DNA of 64,000 nt from Acidobacteriota bacterium. Lineage in GTDB: Bacteria > Acidobacteriota > Thermoanaerobaculia > Multivoradales > J023. The notes under the pieces are model-generated. The model did not search any database and was not told where the DNA came from. It saw only the letters and a list, made by a program, of their open reading frames with translations. The stretch is taken from NCBI GenBank assembly GCA_029263315.1, contig JAJCXR010000003.1, positions 64,615-128,614 of the forward strand, in the 5' to 3' direction. Of the stretch, positions 38,601 to 48,600 are shown one piece after another. A program made the translations under genes and the position numbers. Every line of letters begins with the position of its first letter. The stretch's first letter is position 1.

Positions 38601-38882
38601 TCACTGACCGGAGAAAGGGTCCGGCGTCACATTCTTTGGCGGTGGTTTGCTGGACTGCGTTGCCTTGGGCGGACCGGCGTCGGCCTTGGGTCGGCCTTTC
38701 CAACGGGCCACCAGAATGGTGAGCAAACCGAGCAGGATCTCATCGATCAAGAAAATCGGGTCTGGGACCACTAGGTCGAGGACAAACAGCGCGGTCAGCA
38801 GCATCACCAAATGCGACGACTTGAGGGTCGCCGTGAAGCGCTCTAGGAAACCAGCGACGCCGCTCTTAGTGGGTTCTTTCAT
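38601..38882 (-). CDS. Small hypothetical membrane protein (93 aa, two predicted transmembrane segments)
   Basis: HLVMLLTALFVLDLVVPDPIFLIDEILLGLLTILVARW is hydrophobic. Plausible codon usage. No recognised family. Confidence 0.4.
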   Translation of the reverse strand: MKEPTKSGVAGFLERFTATLKSSHLVMLLTALFVLDLVVPDPIFLIDEILLGLLTILVARWKGRPKADAGPPKATQSSKPPPKNVTPDPFSGQ

Positions 38883-38943
38883 GGGCCGTCCTGTAGTGCT
38901 ATTGAAGGTGGCGGAAGACGCACGTCTGCCGTCTATTCTACGC

Positions 38944-38972
38944 CCAAGGGGCGGCCCCTATTCATTTTTTCG
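38944..38972 (+). terminator. Candidate rho-independent terminator-like hairpin (ggggcggcccc then TATTCATTTTTT), plus orientation
   Basis: Direct reading. There is no obvious plus-strand gene upstream, so its role is unclear. Confidence 0.3.
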
Positions 38973-38985
38973 GCACTCCGTCCGT

Positions 38986-39065
38986 GCTCGCTCGAAGGGG
39001 GGCCCGCCAAGGGCCTCCCGCGGGCACCGATTTCGTAAAGCGGGACGGGAACTAGCTTGTGTCCA
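38986..39065. repeat. Copy A of a roughly 80-bp direct repeat (…ccaagggcctcccgcgggcaccgatttcgtaaagcgggacgggaactagcttg…)
   Basis: Aligns to 39203-39292, which is copy B and overlaps the 3' end of the sigma-54 activator gene. Confidence 0.6.
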
Positions 39066-39202
39066 TCCAGAAATAGCTCAAGGAGGGCGGAGGCCCCATT
39101 GGGCTCGGCCGGGGCTCCGAGCTCGCCGGGCCCTTAGAGGGCACCATAAACTGTTGCTGCTCAAGCCTTTACCGGTTATACAATGCTGTACAAGCTCAAA
39201 CA

Positions 39203-39292
39203 CGCTCGCCCCTTGGCGGGCCCCCCTTGCTCGCTCCAAGGGGCCTCCGTTGGCACCGATTCTGGTAAATCTGTACGGGAACTAGCTTGGAA
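39203..39292. repeat. Copy B of the roughly 80-bp direct repeat. It contains an internal inverted repeat gccccttgg…ccaaggggc and spans the activator stop codon.
   Basis: Direct reading. Confidence 0.6.
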
Positions 39293-40982
39293 TCTCGATA
39301 CCCAGCGACTTGATGCGACGGTACAGGGTCGGACGGCTCATCTGGAGCTTTTCGGCGGCGCAGGACGTATCCCCCGAGCAACTCTCCAAGGCGGCGATGA
39401 TTTCATCCCGTTCCACCGCTTCGAGGATCGCCGATAGGGATTCCCCATCCTGCTTCTCCTCACCGCGAATGCCCGGGCTCAGACGCTCCGTATCGAGCAA
39501 CTCGCGATCCTCCAGGAACAAGACAGCCCGAGAGATCTCGTTCTTCAACTGACGAATGTTGCCCGGCCAGCGATAGCGCCGCATGGCCCGCACGGCGGCG
39601 CGGGAAATGCCACGCACCCGAATGTTGTAGCGCTGCGCTTCCCTGGCCAAGAAGAAGGCCGAGAGGTTGGAGATGTCGGCCCGCCGTTGCCGCAGGGGCG
39701 GCAGCTCCACTTCCCAGGTGGCGATGCGATGGTAGAGATCGCCACGGAAAGTGCCGTCCTTGAGCATCTTGTGGATCGGCCGATTGGTGGCAGCCACCAC
39801 CCTGGCCCTTGCCGGTCGCGGCGTGTGGCCGCCGATGCGGAAGACTTCCTTCTCCTGCAAGACGCGCAGAATCTTGGCCTGGGTCTCGAGGGCCATGTCG
39901 CCGATCTCGTCGAGGAAGATGGTCCCCTTGTTGGCCGCCTCGAACTTGCCGGGACGCGCTTCGACGCCAGTGGCCACCCCCCGTTCAACCCCGAAAAGCT
40001 CCGCTTCCAAGAGATCGCGAGGCAAGGAGGCACAGTTGATCGTCACCAGGGGTTGGTTGGCCCGCGGCGACGCTTTGTGGATGAAGCTGGCCAAGACCTC
40101 CTTACCGGTCCCCGACTCGCCGCAAATCAGCACTCCGACATCGCCCCGCGACACCCGCTCCGCTTGATCGTAGATTCTCTGCACCTCAGGGTCCACCGAC
40201 GGCGGTTGCGGCTTCAGGTGGCCGACTTCCGCCGATTCCGGCAACGCCCTGTGGACGGCGGTCCGTTGCTCGGCAATGGTCAGCATGAGCGAGGCCGACT
40301 CGACGATGGGCCGATAGTGCTCCCCACTGCCCGGACGGTTGAAACGGGCCCTGACTTGGCAATTGGGGGAGGTCACCTCGACCCACGGCAGGTCCGCGCC
40401 CCCGGTGTCCGGACGCTCGGCGGAGAACAGCACACCGCCGGCGGGGTCTTCCATCTCGATGATCTCAACGGTGTTGACCGGCATCGATTCAAAGAGGGCA
40501 TGACCGACGCTCTGGGCCAATTGCTGGCGGGTGGTCTCGGCGGTCAACCGATGGAGGATGCGGGGCAGGTGATCGAGGGCGAAGCGATCGAGGGGTGAGA
40601 ACGACTCAGTCATGTCGGCGATGTCGGCGGCGATCACACTACGGGGCTCGTAATTGCCCCGCGGTACCATGATGCCGACCTCGAGGTCGTCGTCGGAGAC
40701 TTCCTCCAACAGCACCACGACCCTGCCGATGACAAAAATCTCACCGACCTCAACGGCCACCCTCTCGATACGGCGAGAATGCACCAGGGTGCCATTGGTG
40801 GAGCCCAAATCCTCCAGCTGGACCCCCTCCTCGGTCACCGTCAGCACGGCGTGTCGCCGCGACACCGTGGGTGTAGGTATGCACACTTCGTTGGCCGGTT
40901 CCGAGCCGATGACGTTCGGCCCCCGGCTCAGAGTCGCACGAATCGTCTGGTCATCAAATTTTGCGACGATACGATAAGCCAT
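39282..40982 (-). CDS. Sigma-54-dependent transcriptional activator with N-terminal FHA domain (FHA, AAA+, Fis-type HTH)
   Basis: FHA-like N-terminus (…IGSEPANEVCIPTPTVSRRHAVL…GSTNGT). AAA+ GESGTGKE with the GVATGVE variant of GAFTGA. C-terminal HTH. Start at MAYRIV (40982). Confidence 0.75.
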   Translation of the reverse strand: MAYRIVAKFDDQTIRATLSRGPNVIGSEPANEVCIPTPTVSRRHAVLTVTEEGVQLEDLGSTNGTLVHSRRIERVAVEVGEIFVIGRVVVLLEEVSDDDLEVGIMVPRGNYEPRSVIAADIADMTESFSPLDRFALDHLPRILHRLTAETTRQQLAQSVGHALFESMPVNTVEIIEMEDPAGGVLFSAERPDTGGADLPWVEVTSPNCQVRARFNRPGSGEHYRPIVESASLMLTIAEQRTAVHRALPESAEVGHLKPQPPSVDPEVQRIYDQAERVSRGDVGVLICGESGTGKEVLASFIHKASPRANQPLVTINCASLPRDLLEAELFGVERGVATGVEARPGKFEAANKGTIFLDEIGDMALETQAKILRVLQEKEVFRIGGHTPRPARARVVAATNRPIHKMLKDGTFRGDLYHRIATWEVELPPLRQRRADISNLSAFFLAREAQRYNIRVRGISRAAVRAMRRYRWPGNIRQLKNEISRAVLFLEDRELLDTERLSPGIRGEEKQDGESLSAILEAVERDEIIAALESCSGDTSCAAEKLQMSRPTLYRRIKSLGIEIPS

Positions 40983-41249
40983 CGCGACATTCCTTCCCAC
41001 AAGGACGCCGCAACCCGCGACGCCAACGCGTTAGCCAAATCGCCGCAGCCTGCCTTGCACCACGGCCACGATCGACGGTCGCCGTCGCGTTGGGCCCTGG
41101 GATCTGGCTAGGACTGCCGAGAAACAACGCCGATGTCGACATCGGCGATCACTTTCATAATCGCCTTACTTTCTCACATTTGAAACGCAATTTCACACTC
41201 ATTTCTCAGACATGAGAACCAAGTCTTCATTATTGTTGGGCATTAGTTT

Positions 41250-41265
41250 TGGCCAGTGAGCTGCC
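41250..41265 (+). promoter_or_regulatory. Candidate sigma-54 (-24/-12) promoter TGGCcagtgagcTGCc, immediately upstream of the cupin gene
   Basis: GG and GC lie at the canonical 10-nt spacing (TGGCACG-N4-TTGCA consensus). The inferred leader is only about 4-10 nt. Low confidence. Confidence 0.25.
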
Positions 41266-41278
41266 ATAGAATGCACCC

Positions 41279-41635
41279 ATGGCCAATTCACCCACCGAGA
41301 TCGAGCACCCCAGCCGCATCCGCCCCGGCGAGCACGCCGTCTATGGGGCCGAACGCATGGGCAAATCCACCCTTTTCCAGTCATCTCGCATGCTGGTGGG
41401 CCTGAATGCCTTCGAGCCCGGCCAGGAGCACCGGCTGCACGCCCATGAAGGCATGGACAAGGTCTATCAAGTGATCAGTGGCCGCGGTGTCTTCCTATTG
41501 CAGGATGACAACCTCGAGATGGGCGCCGGGGATTTGATGGTGGCTCCCGAAGGGGTGCCCCACGGCATTCGCAACACAGGGGAGGAGCGCCTCCTCGTGC
41601 TGGCCATTTTGGCACCGGCGCCGGCCGCCAAATAG
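41279..41635 (+). CDS. Cupin-domain protein
   Basis: G(x)5HxH…E…H cupin motifs (EHRLHAHEGMDKVYQVISG…PEGVPHGIRN). Confidence 0.7.
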   Translation: MANSPTEIEHPSRIRPGEHAVYGAERMGKSTLFQSSRMLVGLNAFEPGQEHRLHAHEGMDKVYQVISGRGVFLLQDDNLEMGAGDLMVAPEGVPHGIRNTGEERLLVLAILAPAPAAK

Positions 41636-41667
41636 AGAGGCCGATCAGGACCGATCAGGCGATGTCG

Positions 41668-43416
41668 TCAGGGATCGGCAAGCTCGGCAGGCACCGCCGG
41701 CCCAGGGATTGCCAAACAGGGTCCGGGGCGCTCGCTGTTGCAGATCCTGCCCTCCACCCGGGGTGCGATGCCCGGTTTGCGGGTCGCCTGCAAGTGCTCC
41801 ACCACCAACGCCTTCAGCTCGGGAGGATGGTCGTCGGGGATCACCATGTCGGGGTGCAACATGGTGTAACCGTCCTGGCCGCGACTCGGCGTGACCAGAT
41901 AGTTACCGGTGACCAGGATGAGCTCGTCCTCAGGGCGAATCGGCCGAGGTCCCTCGGCGGTCAAGAGGGTCAGGCGATCGGCCCGCTGGGCCTCGGCATC
42001 ATGGCGGAAAGCAAATCCCGCCACCTGCAACCATTTACCTTCGCCGGTCCAATTCCCCACCGAGTGGTCGAGGGCCTGCTGCAGGATCTCTCCGGTGATA
42101 CGAACCCGACGCAAGAAACTACTGAATTGGAAGGTTTCTTCGATGTGTCGACGGGTTATGTCGGTCGCGGCGGGAATGTCTTGGTTGAGACGCAGGCTTC
42201 CCGAGTTGATGAACGCGATGTCCGCCCCTTCCTCGGCAAAGGCCGCCAGTGCCCGGTCCGCCACCCAGTTGCCGAGGTTGGTCTCAAATCGCCTGATGTC
42301 CAGCTCTTCACCGGACAAACGCACCAACGTATGGCCGAAGACATCGTCGAGACATCCCGGGGTCAGCTGCAGCTTCTCGGAGCAGAACTCTTGATCGTGC
42401 TGCCGTGTCCACCGCGCCACCACTTCCATGACCGCCGGGTCGACATCCGCCGTCGCATCCAGTTGACGAGCCTCGAATTCGATACGCGGCGCCCCTGACG
42501 CCCCGGGGCGAATCCGCACCACCGTCGCTGAACGGGCCTCGGCGTCCGCCTTGAGGATCCATCGCCCATGCACTTGGCGCTCTATCCGGGCATGCTCATG
42601 GCCCCCCAACACCAGATCGGGGCCATCGTCGCCCAGGGCCTGCAACAGGGCGATGTCGTCGCTCAGCGGCAGATGCGTCAAAGCGACGACCACCTCGGCT
42701 CCGGCCTCGCGGAGCTCCTTCACCAGACGCCGCGCCGTCGTCGCCGGCGGATCGAAGCTGGTGACATAGGCCGGGTGCACCATATCGGTGGAGAGACTGA
42801 ACAAACCGAGACGCACGCCGCCGCTTTCGATGAGCTTCGAGTCAATGAGGTTCCAGGCCTCCACCCCCTGCTTGGAGCCCACATCCGGCTGAAAATTGAT
42901 GTTGCTCGCCAACCAGAAAAAGGCGGATTCTTCGATGCGGCGATCGAGCATCGCCGCATCCTCGGCGTCTTCTTGATCGAATTCATGGTTGCCGAAGGTG
43001 GCGAGCATCCGTGGGTCGAATTGGTGCCGCTCACCGTTCATCATATTGAGCACGTCGATCATCTGAGCCCCTTGGAATTGGCGACTCAACATCGACGGAA
43101 ACAGCAGGTCACCGGCATGCAAGAACAACAGATCCGGGGCCTCTTCCTCGAGCTCGGCCCTGAGGGCCCGCACCCGTGCCAGACCACCCCCTTGGCCATT
43201 GTCGACACCGCCGATGCGGTACACATCGTTGATGTGCAGCAGGGTCGCTTGGCGGCCGGCGGGCTCTGCCTGCGTCCCGACGTGGCTCGCCGTCTCGGCG
43301 GTGGTCTGCGGGCGGGTTGGAGGGTGCGCCGTGCCCACCGTTTGACAAGCCGTGGTTCCGATGCCGAGGCCAAGGCCGAGTAACAAGACGAGGAAACTGT
43401 GCCTAGGTATCGACAT
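41668..43416 (-). CDS. Bifunctional metallophosphatase / 5'-nucleotidase (UshA family) lipoprotein
   Basis: Lipoprotein signal LLLGLGLGIGTTAC. GNHEFD, HAGD and HEH metallophosphatase motifs. C-terminal 5'-nucleotidase domain. Confidence 0.8.
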   Translation of the reverse strand: MSIPRHSFLVLLLGLGLGIGTTACQTVGTAHPPTRPQTTAETASHVGTQAEPAGRQATLLHINDVYRIGGVDNGQGGGLARVRALRAELEEEAPDLLFLHAGDLLFPSMLSRQFQGAQMIDVLNMMNGERHQFDPRMLATFGNHEFDQEDAEDAAMLDRRIEESAFFWLASNINFQPDVGSKQGVEAWNLIDSKLIESGGVRLGLFSLSTDMVHPAYVTSFDPPATTARRLVKELREAGAEVVVALTHLPLSDDIALLQALGDDGPDLVLGGHEHARIERQVHGRWILKADAEARSATVVRIRPGASGAPRIEFEARQLDATADVDPAVMEVVARWTRQHDQEFCSEKLQLTPGCLDDVFGHTLVRLSGEELDIRRFETNLGNWVADRALAAFAEEGADIAFINSGSLRLNQDIPAATDITRRHIEETFQFSSFLRRVRITGEILQQALDHSVGNWTGEGKWLQVAGFAFRHDAEAQRADRLTLLTAEGPRPIRPEDELILVTGNYLVTPSRGQDGYTMLHPDMVIPDDHPPELKALVVEHLQATRKPGIAPRVEGRICNSERPGPCLAIPGPAVPAELADP

Positions 43417-43529
43417 GCATGGAACCTTTCTGGAGGTTTACCGCAGGGACCGGAGCCCGGCCGCAGTGATGGGCCTGATCAAGTGACGGGTCGGATCCAG
43501 TGACAGGTCGGATCAAGTGACGGGGCGGA

Positions 43530-44804
43530 TTACGTAACGACCTCGCGCTTGCGGAAGCGCTCCGAATCCCAGGCTCGGGAGGTCAGCACTTGTCGCAACA
43601 CCTGCACCGCATCCCACACATCGACGTGGCTGGTGTAGAGGGGCCCCAAACCAAACCGCATGATATCCGGCTCACGAAAGTCCCCCACCACGCCCCGGTC
43701 GATCAAGGCTTGCATGATCGAGTAGGCCTGGGGATGCCGAAAGCTCACTTGGCTTCCCCGCTGCCGCTCCCCCTGTGGGCAGGCGACTTCCAAGTCAGCA
43801 TCCTCGCACTCTTGCTCCACCAGAGCGATCATCGCGTCGCCGAGGGAGACGCCCTTGCGCCACACCATCTCGAGATCCAACCCATCGAAGAGGTCGAGGG
43901 CGGCATCGAGGGCGGCGAGGCTGAGAATGGGCGGGGTGCCGCACCGGAAGCGCCCGATACCGGAGGCCGGTCGGTAGGTCGGCTCGAAGGCAAATGGGGA
44001 ACGGTGCCCTAACCAACCGGTCAACGGCGAGCGGGCCCGGTGCTGCCAGCGGCGGGCAACATAGAGGAAGGCCGGCGCCCCGGGTCCGCCGTTGAGAAAT
44101 TTGTAGCCACATCCGACCGCCAGATCCACGTAGCAGCCGTTGAGGTCGACGGGCAGGGCACCGGTGCTGTGGGACAGGTCCCAAAGCACCAAGGCTCCCC
44201 GCTCGTGGGCCGCCCGGGTCATGGCGGCCATGTCGTGGAGCTGGCCCGAACGGTAGTCGACATGGGTCAGCACCAGGACCGCCACGTCTTCGTCCAAGGC
44301 CAGGGTCAGCTTGGACCGCTCCACCGTCCGCATACGGAGATCTTTGCGCAGCCCGGCCAATCCCTGTGCCATGTACAAGTCGGTCGGAAATTGCCGGTCC
44401 TCCGACAGGATCACCGAACGGCCCGGCCGCAGCTCGACGGCCGCCGAGATCAGCTTGAACAAGTTGACGGAGGTGGAATCGGCGACCACCACCTCATCGC
44501 CCTCGGCACCGATGAGACGAGCGATCTTGGCGCCCACGGTTCGTGGCCAGTCGATCCAGCGGTGGACGTTCCACGACCGGACCAAGCTCTCTCCCCACTC
44601 CTGATCGATGACCCGCAACAAACGCTCGCGACTCTTTTTGGCCAACGGACCCAAGGAGTTGCCGTCGAAATAGAGCAATCCAGGCGGCAGGAGAAACTTC
44701 GCCCGGGTGCGCAGCAACGGATCGTGGCGATCCTCCTCCTCCATCAGCTCGCGGCTCAGGAGGTAGCCCGAGGCGATGGCTTCGCTGAAGCTATCGGGTT
44801 CCAT
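43530..44804 (-). CDS. kynU: Kynureninase (PLP-dependent, aminotransferase class V fold)
   Basis: LDGNSLG…DLSHS…K. Overall length 425 aa. Start at MEPDSF (44804). Confidence 0.75.
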   Translation of the reverse strand: MEPDSFSEAIASGYLLSRELMEEEDRHDPLLRTRAKFLLPPGLLYFDGNSLGPLAKKSRERLLRVIDQEWGESLVRSWNVHRWIDWPRTVGAKIARLIGAEGDEVVVADSTSVNLFKLISAAVELRPGRSVILSEDRQFPTDLYMAQGLAGLRKDLRMRTVERSKLTLALDEDVAVLVLTHVDYRSGQLHDMAAMTRAAHERGALVLWDLSHSTGALPVDLNGCYVDLAVGCGYKFLNGGPGAPAFLYVARRWQHRARSPLTGWLGHRSPFAFEPTYRPASGIGRFRCGTPPILSLAALDAALDLFDGLDLEMVWRKGVSLGDAMIALVEQECEDADLEVACPQGERQRGSQVSFRHPQAYSIMQALIDRGVVGDFREPDIMRFGLGPLYTSHVDVWDAVQVLRQVLTSRAWDSERFRKREVVT

Positions 44805-45426
44805 ACATCCGGTCGCCGGCATCGCCCAGCCCGGGGACGATATAACCGTGGTCATTGAGGTGACTGTCGAGGGTTGCCGTGTAGATCGGCACCTCGGGAT
44901 GATGTCGGTGAAAATGCTCGATGCCTTCCGGGGCCGACAACAGGGCCACAAAACGCATTTTCTTGGCGCCGGCTTCCTTCAGCTTGTCGATGCCCGCCAC
45001 CGCCGTATGACCGGTGGCCAACATCGGGTCGAGGACGATGAGCAAACGTTCCTCGAGCAAGCCGGGCAGTTTGGAGTAGTAGTCCACCGCCGCTAAGGTC
45101 TTGGGATCACGAAAAAATCCCAAATGCCCCACCCGTGCCGACGGCATGACCTCCAACCAACCGTTGAGGAAACCGTTACCTGCCCGCAGGATCGAAATCA
45201 GGGCTGGTTTGCGTCCGGCCAACAGCGGCGCTTGCATCGGTGCCAGCGGAGTCTCGATGGAAGATTCGGTCAGCGGGAGATCCTGCGTCACGGCATAGGC
45301 CATCAGCATGCTGATCTCCCGCAGCAGGGTGCGGAACAGGGCGACCCCCGTATGCAGCTGACGCATCAGGGTCAGCTTGTGCTGGATCAGAGGATGATCG
45401 ATGACATGGACGATTCCCGACGTCAT
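44791..45426 (-). CDS. upp: Uracil phosphoribosyltransferase
   Basis: …[12 protein letters not shown]… and PRPP-binding [15 protein letters not shown]. Start at MTSG (45426), or 45471/45522. Confidence 0.8.
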   Translation of the reverse strand: MTSGIVHVIDHPLIQHKLTLMRQLHTGVALFRTLLREISMLMAYAVTQDLPLTESSIETPLAPMQAPLLAGRKPALISILRAGNGFLNGWLEVMPSARVGHLGFFRDPKTLAAVDYYSKLPGLLEERLLIVLDPMLATGHTAVAGIDKLKEAGAKKMRFVALLSAPEGIEHFHRHHPEVPIYTATLDSHLNDHGYIVPGLGDAGDRMYGTR

Positions 45427-45674
45427 CGGGGATGGTGCACCGTCCCCAGGGGACACATCAGAGTAAGCCATGCTTCGCAGATTATCACGTCTCCGCCTCC
45501 TCCCAAGGGGCAGTTTGAGCACCGATCACAGCCCCCGACGAAGGGCGGTCGCAGCACCCGATATCCAACCGATCAGGCTTCGTAATAGTCGCTGTAAGAA
45601 TCGTGGTGCTATCTTTTCCTTACACTCCCGGCAGGGCCCCTGTACCCTGCTCAACACTCCAAGAGGTCCTATTT

Positions 45675-48600
45675 ATGTATCCGACTCCAAGTGCTCGTCG
45701 TCTTGGCTCTTCCCTAGGAGCCACCCTCAGCGCTCTGGTCCTCGGGCTTGCGGCCTACGGCCTGGCAGGTACTACGCCTGCATTTGCCGCCGGCCCCGGC
45801 TCGGTTGCGCCGACTACCCCAGTCTCCACTCCTGCGGCCGCCGCCGCGACATCGAGCAATACGCCGATGCCGTCTGATCTGACATCGACCTCGAGCTCCA
45901 ACACTTCGTCCTGGGGCGGACACGGTGGTGGTAGCCATGGAAGCAGCGGCAACCACGGTGGTGGTGGCGGCAACCACGGTGGTGGTGGCGGCAACCACGG
46001 CGGTGGTGGCGGCAACCACGGCGGTGGTGGCGGTAACCACGGTGGTGGCGGACACGGCGGTGGTGGCGGACACGGCGGTGGTGGCGGTCACGGCGGTGGC
46101 GGTGGTGGCGGTGGTCACGGCGGTGGCGGTGGTCACGGCGGTGGCGGTGGTCACGGCGGTGGCGGTGGTCACGGCGGTGGAGGCGACGGCGGTGGCTGTC
46201 CTGGTGGCCATGGAGGCGGCGGCGAAGATGACGACAACTGTCCGCGTACCCCCGGCTATTGGAAAAACCACACCGATGTTTGGCCGGTCGACGGCTTGAC
46301 CGTCGGCGGAATCTCCTACGACCAAGCCGATCTGCTCGCCTTCCTCAACTATGGCGGCTCCGACATGTCCATGAAGCTCGCACGCCACCTCACGGCGACG
46401 ATGCTCAATCTGGCCAACGGAACGGGAACCTCGATCCAGTCCGTCGTCGACGACGCCAATGACCTCTTGCAAAACAACCCACCGGGTTGCAATCCCCGCG
46501 GCAGCGTCAAGGCCATGGCCCGAGATCTCAAGAACCTCTTGGACGATTACAACAACTTCGGCGACTGCGGCGACTCCGGCGGCGGCGACGATGATGACGA
46601 CGATGACGACGATGACGACGACGACGATGACGACGATGATGACGACGACGATGACGACGATGACGACGGGACCTGCCCCCGTTCCCCGGGCTACTGGAAG
46701 AATCATCTCAGTGCCTGGCCGGTCGATAGCCTGACCCTCGGCGGCATCCCTTACGACCAAGCCGACCTGCTCATCTTCCTCCACTACGGTGGCCCCGACA
46801 TGTCCATGAAGCTGGCGCGGCATCTCACCGCGGCGATGCTCAATCTGGCCAATGGCGCGGGCACCTCGGTGCAGAGCGTCGTCGACGACGCCAATGACTT
46901 CTTGGCCATCATGCCGCCGGGTAGCCAACCGAGCGGCATGGACAAGACCTTGGCCAAGGACCTCAAGAATCTGCTGGACGATTACAACAACGGCGACGAC
47001 TGCGGCAGTGGCGATCCCGAGCCCCCGCCACCATGCTCCGCCGAGGCGCCCCTCGACCTCGTCTTCGTGCTCGACCTCTCCGGCAGCATGACTTCCAGCT
47101 TCCCGGCGGTCGGCAATCGCCTGGCCGCGGCCCAGACGGCGCTGCTGGCAATCAACGACCAGTTGCAAGCCCGGGGTGACGGCAGCCGGGCCGCCCTGGT
47201 GACCTTCGCAGGCTTCTGGACGGTCGAAGAAAACCTCAACCAAGCAGTGATCCTGCAGTCCGGCTTCACCTCGGATCTAGCCTCCTTGGAGCCGTTGATC
47301 TCGAGCTTCGATCCGATCGATATTCCGGCCGACGCCACGACACCCACGGCCCTCGCCCTCGAAGGCACCTTGAGCCTGTTGCTCGGCGAGTCGAACCCGA
47401 CCCACAAGCGGGCCATGGTCTTGGTCACCGACGGCGTGCCCAACATCGACCTCATGGGCCGCGGTGCCCTCGAGTACGAGTTGGAGGAGATCCAAGACAT
47501 CGACATCGAAGACGGCTTGGGCGGTTTCCTCAGCTGGCCGGCAGTATCACTGCTCGGCGGTTTCAACCCCGCCTACGGCACCTTTGATGGCCAAACCCTG
47601 AGCGACTCGATGCTGCAATTGGAGATCATGAAGTCCATGGTGCCCGACCTGCGCATTTTCGGTATCGCCTTGCAGGGTGACGGCATTGATCTAGGCACTT
47701 TCAATGAAGGTCTGCTGCGCTACAGCGCCGCCATCTCCGGTGGCGTCTCCTACAGCGCCAGCAACTTCAGCCAGCTCGAGATGATCCTCGACACCCTCGA
47801 CCTGGACTACGATTGCAGCGGCGATCCGCCGGTCGACCCCACCGAGCCTTCGTCGATCGGCGACCGGGTGTGGCAGGACGACAACGGCGACGGTGTACAA
47901 GACCCCGGCGAAGCCGGATTGAACGGTGTCACGGTGACCCTGCTGGACGACCAAAACATGGTGCTGCTGACCACCGTCACCACCGGCGACGGCGAATACC
48001 TCTTCGCCGGTCTGCCGGCCGGGGACTTCACCGTCGTCATCGACCCTGCCACCTTGCCGGCCGGCATCGATCAGGCGACCTATGACCTCGACGGCACCGA
48101 TACCTTGGATCAAGCCAGCGTCAGCTTGGCAGCCGGCCAGGACCTCGACACGGTGGACTTCGGCTATCGCGAGTTTGTGCCGCCGCCGTTGATCTGCGCC
48201 GTCGACACCTTCGACGGCCCTGAGCTCGATCCCGACTGGGCCTTCCGTTTCCTCGGCAACGCCTTCGAAGGCGGCGCCGAGATCGTCAACGGCGAGCTGT
48301 ACCTCAGCGGCAACGGCACCGAGCTTTACCATGGCGACGACAACGCTGGCTTCGTCTTCAAGACGGTGTCCGGTGATTTCCGCGTCGAGACCACCATCAC
48401 CGGTTTCCCGGTGGATATCGGTGGCCTGGTGCGCAAGGCCGGTATCCACGTACGGACGGCCTGGGACGATCCGCTGGCGCCACGGGTGATGGTCAATTTC
48501 ATCCCCCACCTGCCCAGCCCCGAGACCACGGCGTTGCAATTCGACGCCCGCATCTCCCAAGGGGCCACGGCGGTGGAGTTGGCCAGCAACGTGCTCGATG

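Noticed and set aside
38400-39285. Plus-strand ORFs 38400..38774 and 38647..39285
   Set aside because: Antisense or overlapping shadows of sbcD and the small membrane-protein gene, with no motif support.
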